The position numbers and the translations under genes were made by a program. The notes below the pieces were generated by a model. The model had not been told where the DNA came from and ran no database searches. It was given only the letters and a program-made list of their open reading frames with translations. From positions 186,001 through 250,000 of IMG/VR virus record IMGVR_UViG_3300047558_000137: DNA of 64,000 bases. One strand, 5' to 3'. This document shows, one piece after another, positions 18,556-26,991 of this stretch. Positions within the stretch are counted from its first letter, which is position 1, and each line of letters starts with the position of its first letter.

Positions 18556-18677
18556 TTTGCAACTCCATTCAAATAGCGCCATCCGAGTCGTTGTCCCGAA
18601 TAATAAAACAATTTGCCATACCAGTTTTGAAACTGACCCATGGGCTGTGCCAAACGGGTTTTGTCATCGATGTACAT
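18552..18677 (-). CDS. Small hypothetical protein (41 aa)
   Basis: Manual translation MYIDDKTRLAQPMGQFQNWYGKLFYYSGQRLGWRYLNGVAK, ending in GGAGTTGCAAAATGA. Confidence 0.55.
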   Translation of the reverse strand: MYIDDKTRLAQPMGQFQNWYGKLFYYSGQRLGWRYLNGVAK

Positions 18678-18678
18678 G

Positions 18679-18882
18679 TTAGTCCTTTACTCGCTCAACT
18701 TGAGCATGTTCGATTATAACACGGTCACGGATTGCGCCATAAACTGTAATAGGCTGTGTCAACACAATGTGGTGATTAACACGACCACCATAGGCTACAC
18801 GGCTAAGTTCAACACGACCCGACACAGGAATTTCTTCCAGGTATGTGGCTTCAACATACATGCCTTCTAAGTTCCAGCTCAT
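18679..18882 (-). CDS. Hypothetical protein (start MSWNLEG)
   Basis: AAGGA RBS, ATGA overlap. Confidence 0.7.
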   Translation of the reverse strand: MSWNLEGMYVEATYLEEIPVSGRVELSRVAYGGRVNHHIVLTQPITVYGAIRDRVIIEHAQVERVKD

Positions 18883-19103
18883 TTTGTTCCTTTCAACAAC
18901 CAAGTAGTTAGAAATGGTGTGTCATCAATAATACAACATTCGTTCCCGGCTCGCATTTTGTCTTTAACTAACTGCCAACCCATGGCATTATTAAGAGACA
19001 CACGTTTACCATCTTTGGCAATTTGTTTGACACGGTAAACTCGTCCATTGTAAAAAACAACGTTTCCGATATTAATTTCACGACCAATTGCATCTTGTAT
19101 CAT
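18879..19103 (-). CDS. Hypothetical SH3-like protein
   Basis: DAIGREINIGNVV motif. Confidence 0.65.
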   Translation of the reverse strand: MIQDAIGREINIGNVVFYNGRVYRVKQIAKDGKRVSLNNAMGWQLVKDKMRAGNECCIIDDTPFLTTWLLKGTK

Positions 19104-19112
19104 ACCAACTCC

Positions 19113-19319
19113 TTAGGCAACAAAATCAAAATTATAACCGTAGGATCCATCTCGGCTAACTTGAACTTTGTTATTGTAGTCCTTGTTCAACTGTTTGAGA
19201 ATTTTGCGTGATTCGGCTTCGGTGCAGATAACTGACAGCGTACCAAAGAAGAATGTAGCAAGATCTTCTGACTTGACAATTTCTGCTACTTTGCTAAGAA
19301 CTTCTTTTTCGAATGACAT
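19113..19319 (-). CDS. Hypothetical early protein
   Basis: First gene after the early promoter unit. Confidence 0.7.
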   Translation of the reverse strand: MSFEKEVLSKVAEIVKSEDLATFFFGTLSVICTEAESRKILKQLNKDYNNKVQVSRDGSYGYNFDFVA

Positions 19320-19320
19320 T

Positions 19321-19417
19321 TATAACTCCTGGTTGTTTGTTGCTATGTCATTAGTATAACACCATTTTGGGCAAAAGACACCAAATTTCAATCTTTTTTG
19401 TTGTATTTTTACAACAA
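19321..19417 (-). promoter_or_regulatory. Early promoter/RBS unit
   Basis: GCCCAAAATGGTGTTATACT; palindrome TTGTTGTATTTTTACAACAA at 19398-19417. Confidence 0.75.
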
Positions 19418-19420
19418 AGT

Positions 19421-19564
19421 GTAACTTTACGACTATCCCGATAGGACAAGTTACTGCGCTAGCTACTGCAAAATTACCCCAGGTAGCTCAAGGGTTCTCA
19501 AGGAGCCCGGGTGCCCAATCCGGAGGGAATATTGCAATCCCAGAAAAACGCAGGGCGATTTTGT
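19421..19564. ncRNA. Candidate structured non-coding RNA
   Basis: GC-rich intergenic stretch with several stems and potential pseudoknot pairings. Confidence 0.4.
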
Positions 19565-19768
19565 TTATTTGTGTGTGTTTGCAGTCGTGCCCAAGACACG
19601 CTTCTTGCCCAGGCGGATGCCGCACACGTTGTCGTTTACGTCCACAAACAATACAGGGAATGGGCGCTCAAATTTGTAGTCGTCGTTTAAGTAATCTAGG
19701 CACAAGTGCTTAACGTCAGGGCGCTGTTGCAACTGTGTAATGTATGTGCGTTGAAATTGTGTAAGCAT
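19565..19768 (-). CDS. Hypothetical protein (start MLTQF)
   Basis: TGCTATAAT promoter at about 19802-19810. Confidence 0.6.
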   Translation of the reverse strand: MLTQFQRTYITQLQQRPDVKHLCLDYLNDDYKFERPFPVLFVDVNDNVCGIRLGKKRVLGTTANTHK

Positions 19769-19820
19769 TTTGGTACTACTTAGTTTGTTGAACAAGTCTG
19801 TATTATAGCACAAAAAAGCC

Positions 19821-19852
19821 AAAAGAAAGCCCCGCGGACGGGGCTATTTTTT
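19821..19852 (-). terminator. Intrinsic terminator after the phasin-like gene
   Basis: AGCCCCG-TCCG-CGGGGCT-TTCTTTT. Confidence 0.75.
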
Positions 19853-19866
19853 GTAGTACTTGAGTA

Positions 19867-20139
19867 TTACTTTTTAGCTGGTGTAAAAGCCTTGCTAAAT
19901 GCTTCGGTTACTTTTGTGTAATCGAACTTAGCGGCTTCTTGGCCCAACTTAACAGCTTCGCTGGCCAACTTGGTGCCAACTTCTGTGCCAGCTTTAACAG
20001 CGGCTTTTGTGTACTCAGTTTGTGCGTCAACAAAACCGTTTAGTGCCTTAGCAACGGCTTCGTGGTTTGCAAATGCTGTGTTAACGAATTGCTTTTTTGC
20101 TGTCTGAACAGCGTCGATGGTTGTGTCTAATGTAAACAT
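19867..20139 (-). CDS. Phasin-like (PHA granule-associated) protein
   Basis: Small Ala-rich amphipathic helical protein (IDAVQTAKKQFV..FVDAQTEYTK). TGTTGCAGTGCAACA lies upstream. Confidence 0.55.
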   Translation of the reverse strand: MFTLDTTIDAVQTAKKQFVNTAFANHEAVAKALNGFVDAQTEYTKAAVKAGTEVGTKLASEAVKLGQEAAKFDYTKVTEAFSKAFTPAKK

Positions 20140-20215
20140 TGTTTTCTCCTAAATAGACGAAATACTTTTGTCCGGCCCGCCCCATGCAGCACCGTTAAAG
20201 TATTTAGCAATTATA

Positions 20216-20230
20216 TGTTGCAGTGCAACA
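20216..20230. promoter_or_regulatory. PhaR-box-like palindrome
   Basis: TGTTGC-AGT-GCAACA upstream of the phasin-like gene. Confidence 0.5.
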
Positions 20231-20324
20231 AAAATCAAGCATTTTCTCTAGTGAGCTGTCACTAATTTTTTGTCTCCCAAAAAGTCTGCTAATTAAGTGT
20301 ATCAACATTTAGAAGGAGATATTA

Positions 20325-20945
20325 ATGTTCGATATTTTTAAAGGCGTAGACAAAGGCATGCTATCCAAATTGGTATTGCTACACATCGCCGTAATTATTG
20401 TAAGTAACGCTCTAGTCTCAATCCCAGTAGAAATTCTAGGATTCAAACTAACATGGGCAGCATTTACATTCCCATTGGTTATTTTAGCCACTGACTTGAC
20501 TATCCGTTTAATTGGTAAACAGATTGCAAGGGCAACTATTGCAGCCGCTTACCCGTTTGCCATTCTTGGCAGTATTGCGGTAGTGCTTGCAGAAGGCGCA
20601 CCCGAATCGGTTGCTATGCGTATTGGCTTTGCCAGTGCCACAGCGTATCTAATTGGTACATTGTTGGACGTATACGTATTCCAAATCATTCGTGAGCGTT
20701 TCACTAAGCAATGGTGGGCAGCACCAGCATTAAGTGCTATTGTTGCTAACATTATCGACAGTTATACATTCTTCGCTGTAGCATTTAACAACAGTGCAGA
20801 CGAGTATATGGCCGCTAACTGGATGGAAATTGCCATGTCGCAATCCATTCTTAAAATTGCAGTTGGTTTGATTTTCTTCTTACCAGCGTACGGCGTTTTA
20901 TTATCTTACCTCAAGAATCGTATGCACGATACTGATCAAGGTTAA
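20325..20945 (+). CDS. yhhQ: preQ0/preQ1 (queuosine precursor) transporter
   Basis: SNALV..TWAAFTFPLVILATDLT..LDVYVF..WWAAP..HWMEIA-like..FFLPAYGVLL closely follows E. coli YhhQ. Confidence 0.9.
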   Translation: MFDIFKGVDKGMLSKLVLLHIAVIIVSNALVSIPVEILGFKLTWAAFTFPLVILATDLTIRLIGKQIARATIAAAYPFAILGSIAVVLAEGAPESVAMRIGFASATAYLIGTLLDVYVFQIIRERFTKQWWAAPALSAIVANIIDSYTFFAVAFNNSADEYMAANWMEIAMSQSILKIAVGLIFFLPAYGVLLSYLKNRMHDTDQG

Positions 20946-20980
20946 ATAATATACTAATATTTTTCAACTAGGAGAAAATC

Positions 20981-21292
20981 ATGGAATTAGTAATTGGTAT
21001 TTTAGCTCTAATGGTAATCGGATACATTGTATTCTGGCCAAAGACTAAAGAAGAAGTTAAAGAAGCAGTTTCACCTGCCGCACCATATAAAGTAGAAGCA
21101 CCTGCTCCTGTACCAGAAGCAGTTACCGCAGCTATCGTTGAAGGTGCAGGTACTGTAGAAGCAGCACCAGCTAAGAAAGCACCAGCCAAGAAGGCTCCTG
21201 CTAAAAAGCCTGCTGCCGCAAAGAAGCCAGCTGCCGCTAAAAAAGCACCAGCTAAAAAGGCTCCTGCAAAAGCCAAAAAAGCCGCTAAGTAA
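20981..21292 (+). CDS. Membrane-anchored protein with a histone-H1-like AKKPA repeat tail
   Basis: N-terminal transmembrane helix; APAKK/PAAAKK repeats. Confidence 0.7.
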   Translation: MELVIGILALMVIGYIVFWPKTKEEVKEAVSPAAPYKVEAPAPVPEAVTAAIVEGAGTVEAAPAKKAPAKKAPAKKPAAAKKPAAAKKAPAKKAPAKAKKAAK

Positions 21293-21304
21293 TTGGTAGC
21301 CAAC

Positions 21305-22357
21305 ATGGTAGGGGTGTTTGTTCCGCAAGAAACAGACGCCCTTTTTTCTTTTCATTTTTCCCGTTGTTACTTGCAACATCAGATACAGGTCTACAGCGAC
21401 CTCGATCTATTTCGTGCTAGCAGTCACAGTCGCAAGATTGCCTGCTTTCAAATGCCATACCCTTATCAGGAATCATTTGAAACTCTGGTGCAGAGTCTAG
21501 AGTGTGATCATGTTCTGATCTTAATGGCAGAGCTACACGATCGTACAGTAGACTTTATTCGTCGTAATGATCGTAAAGATATAAGTTATTTCATCTGTGG
21601 TGAATTAAATTTTACAGTGGATCATAGTCCCATACATAAATTCTACGATTGGTTTACTACTACTGTACACTTTTATAAGAACGAACGTCCGCAACTGTTA
21701 GACAACAGTCTACATCCATATGAAACTAAACAGTTTTATTTTGACGCCTTACTTGGTCGCAAGAAGAGGCACAGAGACATTGCCTATGATCATTTAGATC
21801 GTACATTAAATGTTGTAACCTACTTAAATGATACTGAATGTGATTTTAGTACGCCCGATAAATGGCGCTGGGAAAGTTCAGGATTAGTAATTGAACAGCC
21901 AGTTGAATGGACTGTCGAACGTGTAAACTATCACGGCTATCGTATGAGTCTGAGTCAGATTGTTCCAATAGAAATTTACAATCAAACTGCATATAGTTTA
22001 GTTGCCGAAACAAACTACAGTAATCACTATAGTTTCTATACAGAAAAAACAGTTAAGCCCATACTGGGACAACGGTTGTTTATCGCCCTATCAGGGCAAT
22101 ATGCCTTACGCAACTTACAGGCATTAGGATTTAAAACGTTTGATGGAATCATTGATGAGACCTATGACAAGATTGAACCATTTGAAGAACGATTCCGTGC
22201 TGCACTTGAGCAGGTTCGTTTATTGTCTAGACGTGATCAACGTGAAGTTCTCGATGAAGTTCGCAATCGATGCGAACATAACTACAGCCACATGATGCGT
22301 ACACCCTGGTACCAAGCATACTTTATGCCTGCGTTTGTCAGTTACTTTAATCAATAA
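21305..22357 (+). CDS. Putative glycosyltransferase-like phage protein
   Basis: SLVAET..TEKTVKPI..GFKTFDGIIDETYD..N C-terminal module shared with 26992-28224. Confidence 0.55.
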   Translation: MVGVFVPQETDALFSFHFSRCYLQHQIQVYSDLDLFRASSHSRKIACFQMPYPYQESFETLVQSLECDHVLILMAELHDRTVDFIRRNDRKDISYFICGELNFTVDHSPIHKFYDWFTTTVHFYKNERPQLLDNSLHPYETKQFYFDALLGRKKRHRDIAYDHLDRTLNVVTYLNDTECDFSTPDKWRWESSGLVIEQPVEWTVERVNYHGYRMSLSQIVPIEIYNQTAYSLVAETNYSNHYSFYTEKTVKPILGQRLFIALSGQYALRNLQALGFKTFDGIIDETYDKIEPFEERFRAALEQVRLLSRRDQREVLDEVRNRCEHNYSHMMRTPWYQAYFMPAFVSYFNQ

Positions 22358-23612
22358 GACCAAAATTAGCCCAACGTGCTTCACCAAGGCTTATCCAGCC
22401 TAGTGGGCCACCTAATGTTGGGTTAGCATTAAACACAACAGTACCTTTTGGTCTGTTGTCGCTTGGTGGTGTGTTACTGCTAGTTAACGTTACTGCACCT
22501 ATAGAAATCTTGTTGACTTCTACACCACCATCTGTAGTTAGAACAATATTGTTTTTACCATTAGTAGTTAACACTAATTTATGTGCCCTAGGTGTTCCGA
22601 TAAAGCCGGTATTGGTTTCTACTTTACCAAATCCTAGTTCTATTTCTTGATCCCAAATGCTCAGTGCATGTGTAGGTTCAATGGTGTTAATGCCCACACG
22701 CTTTTGACTTACGTATAGTGTTTGAGCCAAGAATGCTTCGCCTGTTACTTGCAATTCTTGTAATGCACCAACTGTTTGTAAATTACTTTGTGTAATAAAC
22801 GTACCAAGCATAGATCCATTAACAACATCTTGCCCGTTGACAGTAATCTTATCTAATGTGATACCTTCGTCACGTAGTTTATCTAATACAGTTTTTGCAT
22901 AGGCATCAAACATGCTTTTATCTAAACTGGTTCTTAGATTGTTTGTAGCGGCGTTGACAAACTTTGTAAACATAGGACTATTCTCGGGAATAGAACCGGT
23001 TACATTTAGATCACCCTCAATGGTAGTAGATCCTTTTACAGTTAGATCTTTAGTTAGTAAATTGTTTTCTACAACGGTAACGTCATCTGTAATCGTTAAT
23101 TGGCATCCTGATGCTAGATCTTCAATGCCTGTACTACCAAATTTAGTTATAATGCCGCCCGCTACTTGATCGCCGGTAATAGATAGTTTTGTTAAATCAA
23201 TCGAGCTGGGATCAATACTAGCATGGGGGAATGTTACTTGACCATTTTGTATTGCAGAGATAATAGTTTTTTGATATTCACCACGAAAGTCTAGTGCATT
23301 TATCTTATTATTAACTACATCATTGATTGCAATGACTGCTTGATTTTCAACATTTTCTGTTGCCGTTTGTGCCGCAACATTTAAACGAGTTGCTAACTCA
23401 CGTTCAACTGACTTTGCATCAATTGGCAATTGGTTAAGTTTTGCATCAATGCGTTGACTTAATTTTTCGGACAGCAATGGAGTATAGTCAATTGCATTAA
23501 CTACCTCAGTTACTCTTTGATTAATAATATCAGCAACTTGGCTTTGAACCTTAGTTGTTATTTCTGCTACTATTCCCTGTACTATTTGATTTACGTGTTG
23601 GTCTAGATCCAT
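22347..23612 (-). CDS. Putative virion fibre/structural protein
   Basis: Helical N-terminus, SNLQTVGALQELQV and RVGINT motifs, C-terminal G..VFN..P..GGPLGW. Confidence 0.6.
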   Translation of the reverse strand: MDLDQHVNQIVQGIVAEITTKVQSQVADIINQRVTEVVNAIDYTPLLSEKLSQRIDAKLNQLPIDAKSVERELATRLNVAAQTATENVENQAVIAINDVVNNKINALDFRGEYQKTIISAIQNGQVTFPHASIDPSSIDLTKLSITGDQVAGGIITKFGSTGIEDLASGCQLTITDDVTVVENNLLTKDLTVKGSTTIEGDLNVTGSIPENSPMFTKFVNAATNNLRTSLDKSMFDAYAKTVLDKLRDEGITLDKITVNGQDVVNGSMLGTFITQSNLQTVGALQELQVTGEAFLAQTLYVSQKRVGINTIEPTHALSIWDQEIELGFGKVETNTGFIGTPRAHKLVLTTNGKNNIVLTTDGGVEVNKISIGAVTLTSSNTPPSDNRPKGTVVFNANPTLGGPLGWISLGEARWANFGLID

Positions 23613-23613
23613 T

Positions 23614-24348
23614 TTAGTCGAATTGAATAGAAACTACGTGTTCGTAGTTTTTCTTTATTAGAGATTTGTACATTAGATTCTTGTGTACAAAGAAATTTGC
23701 CGCACCCGAATCCATACTAAACTTAGCCAACTGCTTAAAGTACATGGTCCTACGATTAAATGGACCATATGTTACTAGTTCGTTATCTGGGGTGTTAATT
23801 TCATGCACTGAGGTATGCCACAATGTACGATCCTTAATATCCCAATTATGGTTTTCTAAGAATAACTTACTAGACTCACCATTTTTAACTAGAGCAGGAT
23901 GACTAAATTCGCGATCTTTGAAATCTTGATTTTTATAATCGCGTAGTGTACTTATAACAAAATTTTTAGCCAGGCTACAAATCTTGTTTATTTTTGTCTG
24001 TTGATCTTGATCCGAGTCTGCAAATGTAAAATACTCGTCCATTGCAATTACGCATTGGAATTGTTTACGGTATTGACCTAAATCATCTTCGTTAATATAA
24101 GATACATTAACGCCGCGGCTTTTTACAAAAGATAATGCTGCGTCACTGATTTCGGTAACAGAAATTGATTTAGACTTGCAACTTAACAAGGCAGGATTAA
24201 ATCCCACGAACAATATGCTGGTAGGATCTAGGTTTTCTGTACTGTAGACGCCATCAAGTATATCTTGTTTACGGGCGACTACTTCATTTAACTTAGGATT
24301 AAATTGTAATGCAGATAAAACTGCATCGGTATATCTTGCGAAACTCAT
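23614..24348 (-). CDS. Hypothetical protein (possible Rossmann methyltransferase-like fold)
   Basis: SILFVGF..SVTEIS..FQCVIAMDEYF pattern. Confidence 0.5.
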   Translation of the reverse strand: MSFARYTDAVLSALQFNPKLNEVVARKQDILDGVYSTENLDPTSILFVGFNPALLSCKSKSISVTEISDAALSFVKSRGVNVSYINEDDLGQYRKQFQCVIAMDEYFTFADSDQDQQTKINKICSLAKNFVISTLRDYKNQDFKDREFSHPALVKNGESSKLFLENHNWDIKDRTLWHTSVHEINTPDNELVTYGPFNRRTMYFKQLAKFSMDSGAANFFVHKNLMYKSLIKKNYEHVVSIQFD

Positions 24349-24352
24349 GTAG

Positions 24353-25270
24353 TTATTTATCGGACCGAACCAAATCCAGAGTCACACAATGAAAGCCGCC
24401 TCCTAGGGTTCTACTGTGTCGCAATGTTGAAGGAATAACTGTGAATCCTCTTTTTTCCAAAGTACTGTGTAACGCCGTTTGTTGACTATCACATATAACT
24501 GTGTTGCTGTCCACTGAGAGCATGTTAAGGGCGATCCACTTGCTTGCATACGGGTACTGGTAAAAATTTTGAGGTTCAACAGTATCCACAAAAATCTTCT
24601 CCCAATCCCGGAATACAGCAGGACACGTTTCTTCAGTAACTCTGCTTCCATTTAATAATACCAACCCTTCTCTTAATGCTACAACGGTGCTGTCAATATG
24701 TACACCACTGTAAAAGTTGCACAGTTCGATTTCTACATCGGGAAACTGTTGGCACAACCAATCATAGGCTGCACGATTTCCGCTGGCAGATTCTAACATA
24801 AGCATACGATCGTTAAGACGTAGTACGTTAGCGGCATCCAACACCATGCCATGACTTCTGGGCATGTGTAGAATACGTCCTGCATCTTCTAGTATATCTA
24901 TATAACATTGATATTCCATATCCCTGCAAGGGTACATCATTGCAGGATCTACTACAGTATCACCGTAGACTAGTAAACGATCACGGGGACAATAGTTATA
25001 AAGCCCATCATGCACTTGAAAGTTCATCCAGTCAGGCCGCACAACCTCTACACCCAGCTTGACCAATGTCTGGCATAGCGTATGTAGATCTTCTTCTGTT
25101 TCGTCAATTATCCATTGAGGGACAGGACCCGAAGGGGCTGGAGTTTCTGTCCATAAACTGTTTGCGGCTTCTGCACGATAAACTGGATCATTTACAGGCC
25201 AGTTAGCATAGTCTGCACGACCCACTACTATCTTTTTGAGACTATCCCATTCATTATAACTTGATATCAT
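24353..25270 (-). CDS. Amidinotransferase (glycine/inosamine-phosphate amidinotransferase family)
   Basis: YNEWDSLKKIVVG, CPRD, DAAN, HIDS, GGGFHCVTLD. Confidence 0.9.
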   Translation of the reverse strand: MISSYNEWDSLKKIVVGRADYANWPVNDPVYRAEAANSLWTETPAPSGPVPQWIIDETEEDLHTLCQTLVKLGVEVVRPDWMNFQVHDGLYNYCPRDRLLVYGDTVVDPAMMYPCRDMEYQCYIDILEDAGRILHMPRSHGMVLDAANVLRLNDRMLMLESASGNRAAYDWLCQQFPDVEIELCNFYSGVHIDSTVVALREGLVLLNGSRVTEETCPAVFRDWEKIFVDTVEPQNFYQYPYASKWIALNMLSVDSNTVICDSQQTALHSTLEKRGFTVIPSTLRHSRTLGGGFHCVTLDLVRSDK

Positions 25271-25785
25271 ACCCAACCTGTAATTTGTAGTGTGTAGCGA
25301 TCTTCTAATCCAATATTGGCAGCACTGTGTGGTTCATCATACGCCCATTCTACTGTATCTCCAGCTGTCCAGTTAACATATGGTTTGCCGCCAACTTCTA
25401 AATAATGGCCAGGACGCCAATCCTCGAGCAATACTAGTGCTCTACGAATACGTGTTTCTTTGCCTTGTAATTTAAATAGTTCAATATATCTCTTGTATAC
25501 GTCACTATGCACAGGCATTACTGTGCCAGTCTTCATACGATAGAAGGCTATTCCAATATCGTGCCATCCAAATTCTCGATATATCTTAAAGAACTTGTCT
25601 GACCACGTGGGCAAACGATGACGCATGTCACACAGATCACCGGTGATCTTATTGGTATAGCCCTGTGTAATCCATAAGTCAACACTTACAGGATCATTAA
25701 ATGGTTCTTGTATGTAATCTAGCTTTTTAAATTCATCGTCCCAGAATGGAGTTAGATGATATTTAAATGGTGCGGGTGTTGCCAT
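25267..25785 (-). CDS. 2OG-Fe(II)/cupin dioxygenase
   Basis: MPVHSD..W..GD..PHSAANIG..RYTLQITG. Confidence 0.75.
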   Translation of the reverse strand: MATPAPFKYHLTPFWDDEFKKLDYIQEPFNDPVSVDLWITQGYTNKITGDLCDMRHRLPTWSDKFFKIYREFGWHDIGIAFYRMKTGTVMPVHSDVYKRYIELFKLQGKETRIRRALVLLEDWRPGHYLEVGGKPYVNWTAGDTVEWAYDEPHSAANIGLEDRYTLQITGWV

Positions 25786-26989
25786 AGTGTAATACCTTGA
25801 TGTCTGGATCCGAGACGGTGTAGGTGCGCCATGGATCAACAATTACGCTGCCCTTTAAGAATAGACAGTATTGACTTTGTGGTGTATTAACCCCAGCATA
25901 CCCATACGTTACTTGTCTATTGTGTGCAAGTAGAACAACACCACGAACTTCTTGTGGTACTGTGTCTTCTGTTAGTGGGTCAATGTATATTGGTTCGTGC
26001 CCAAACTCTCTACAGTAATGCCCAACCAACAAACTATAACTGCCTTCTATGTAGGCAACATCAGGTTTGTATGCCTTACCGTGAATGTAAATAGGCAATT
26101 CATATAACTCTGCCTGCTCTACTAGTGACAAAGCCATTAACTTTGCCTGCTTTTCTCTGGCGTGCATGATAGCATCAAACAGATCATAGCCTAGTTCTAG
26201 TTTCTCTGCCAAGAAACGTAAGGCAATGTTGTCACGTGGGTGGCAGGGGCCTGCATCACCTAAACCCGCAGTCATATATTTAGGTCCCATAATTCGCATT
26301 GAGCTTTTCGCTAGTGCGTTTGTTACTACGTCAACATTGATATTGCCTTGTTTGATGGCAACATCCTGGATCATATTAACCAAGCCTATCTTGGCACTGA
26401 TAAATGTGTTGTAGAAGACCTTGATGCATTCAGCTTCGTCCCACGTACCAACTTCATAGCGTGGATCATTTTGCATTAAGGGCTTGTAGAAGTCGATTAG
26501 TTCCTGTGCATCCGTAGTTGTGTCTCCGCCTTCGGTGCCAATGATAACCATTTCGGGATTAACCATGTCCCATTCTACACTGCCCATTGCAATTAAGTAA
26601 GGATTGTAGATAAAACGTGCATTAGTGATTAATGGGCGTAGTCGTTCTCGGGTTGTGCCTGGTAGTACGGTACTAATAAGAACAATTAATTGGTTAGGTC
26701 TGGCCCAACAATTAACTTGTCGAAGAACATTTTCAACGATAGTATAATCAAAGTCTACGTTTTTAAGATGTGTAATAGGTTCTGCGCCGCCATACATTGG
26801 ATCGTGCGGTGTTTGTGTTGCAATAAAAACAATGTCCTTACCTAATACAGCGTCCTTGAGATTGGATGCAATTTTAATCTTGTCACTGGTCTTTGGGTAA
26901 ATATCATAGCCAGTCACATCATATTTTGTTGCCATCACTTCGGCACACGCCATTCCCAATTTGCCTATTCCAATAAAACCAACGTTCAA
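25763..26989 (-). CDS. UDP-glucose/GDP-mannose 6-dehydrogenase family protein
   Basis: GIGKLG, TQTP, STVLPGT, YNP, KVFYNTF, GPCHPRD, AYKP. TTG start with GGAG RBS. Confidence 0.9.
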   Translation of the reverse strand: MNVGFIGIGKLGMACAEVMATKYDVTGYDIYPKTSDKIKIASNLKDAVLGKDIVFIATQTPHDPMYGGAEPITHLKNVDFDYTIVENVLRQVNCWARPNQLIVLISTVLPGTTRERLRPLITNARFIYNPYLIAMGSVEWDMVNPEMVIIGTEGGDTTTDAQELIDFYKPLMQNDPRYEVGTWDEAECIKVFYNTFISAKIGLVNMIQDVAIKQGNINVDVVTNALAKSSMRIMGPKYMTAGLGDAGPCHPRDNIALRFLAEKLELGYDLFDAIMHAREKQAKLMALSLVEQAELYELPIYIHGKAYKPDVAYIEGSYSLLVGHYCREFGHEPIYIDPLTEDTVPQEVRGVVLLAHNRQVTYGYAGVNTPQSQYCLFLKGSVIVDPWRTYTVSDPDIKVLHYGNTRTI

Positions 26990-26991
26990 TT

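Larger units (their letters stand above)
16016..18677 (-). repeat. Cassette-like array 1 of small genes punctuated by conserved DNA blocks
   Basis: Exact TCATTCTTCAACTCC (+ strand) at 16610, 16897, 17354 and 17575, with variants at 16416 and 18552. MNERI blocks and KFAEL blocks are also repeated. Confidence 0.85.

Noticed and set aside
19446-19564. Firm twister or hammerhead ribozyme call
   Set aside because: The conserved catalytic nucleotides were not recognisable, so it is kept only as an unclassified structured element.
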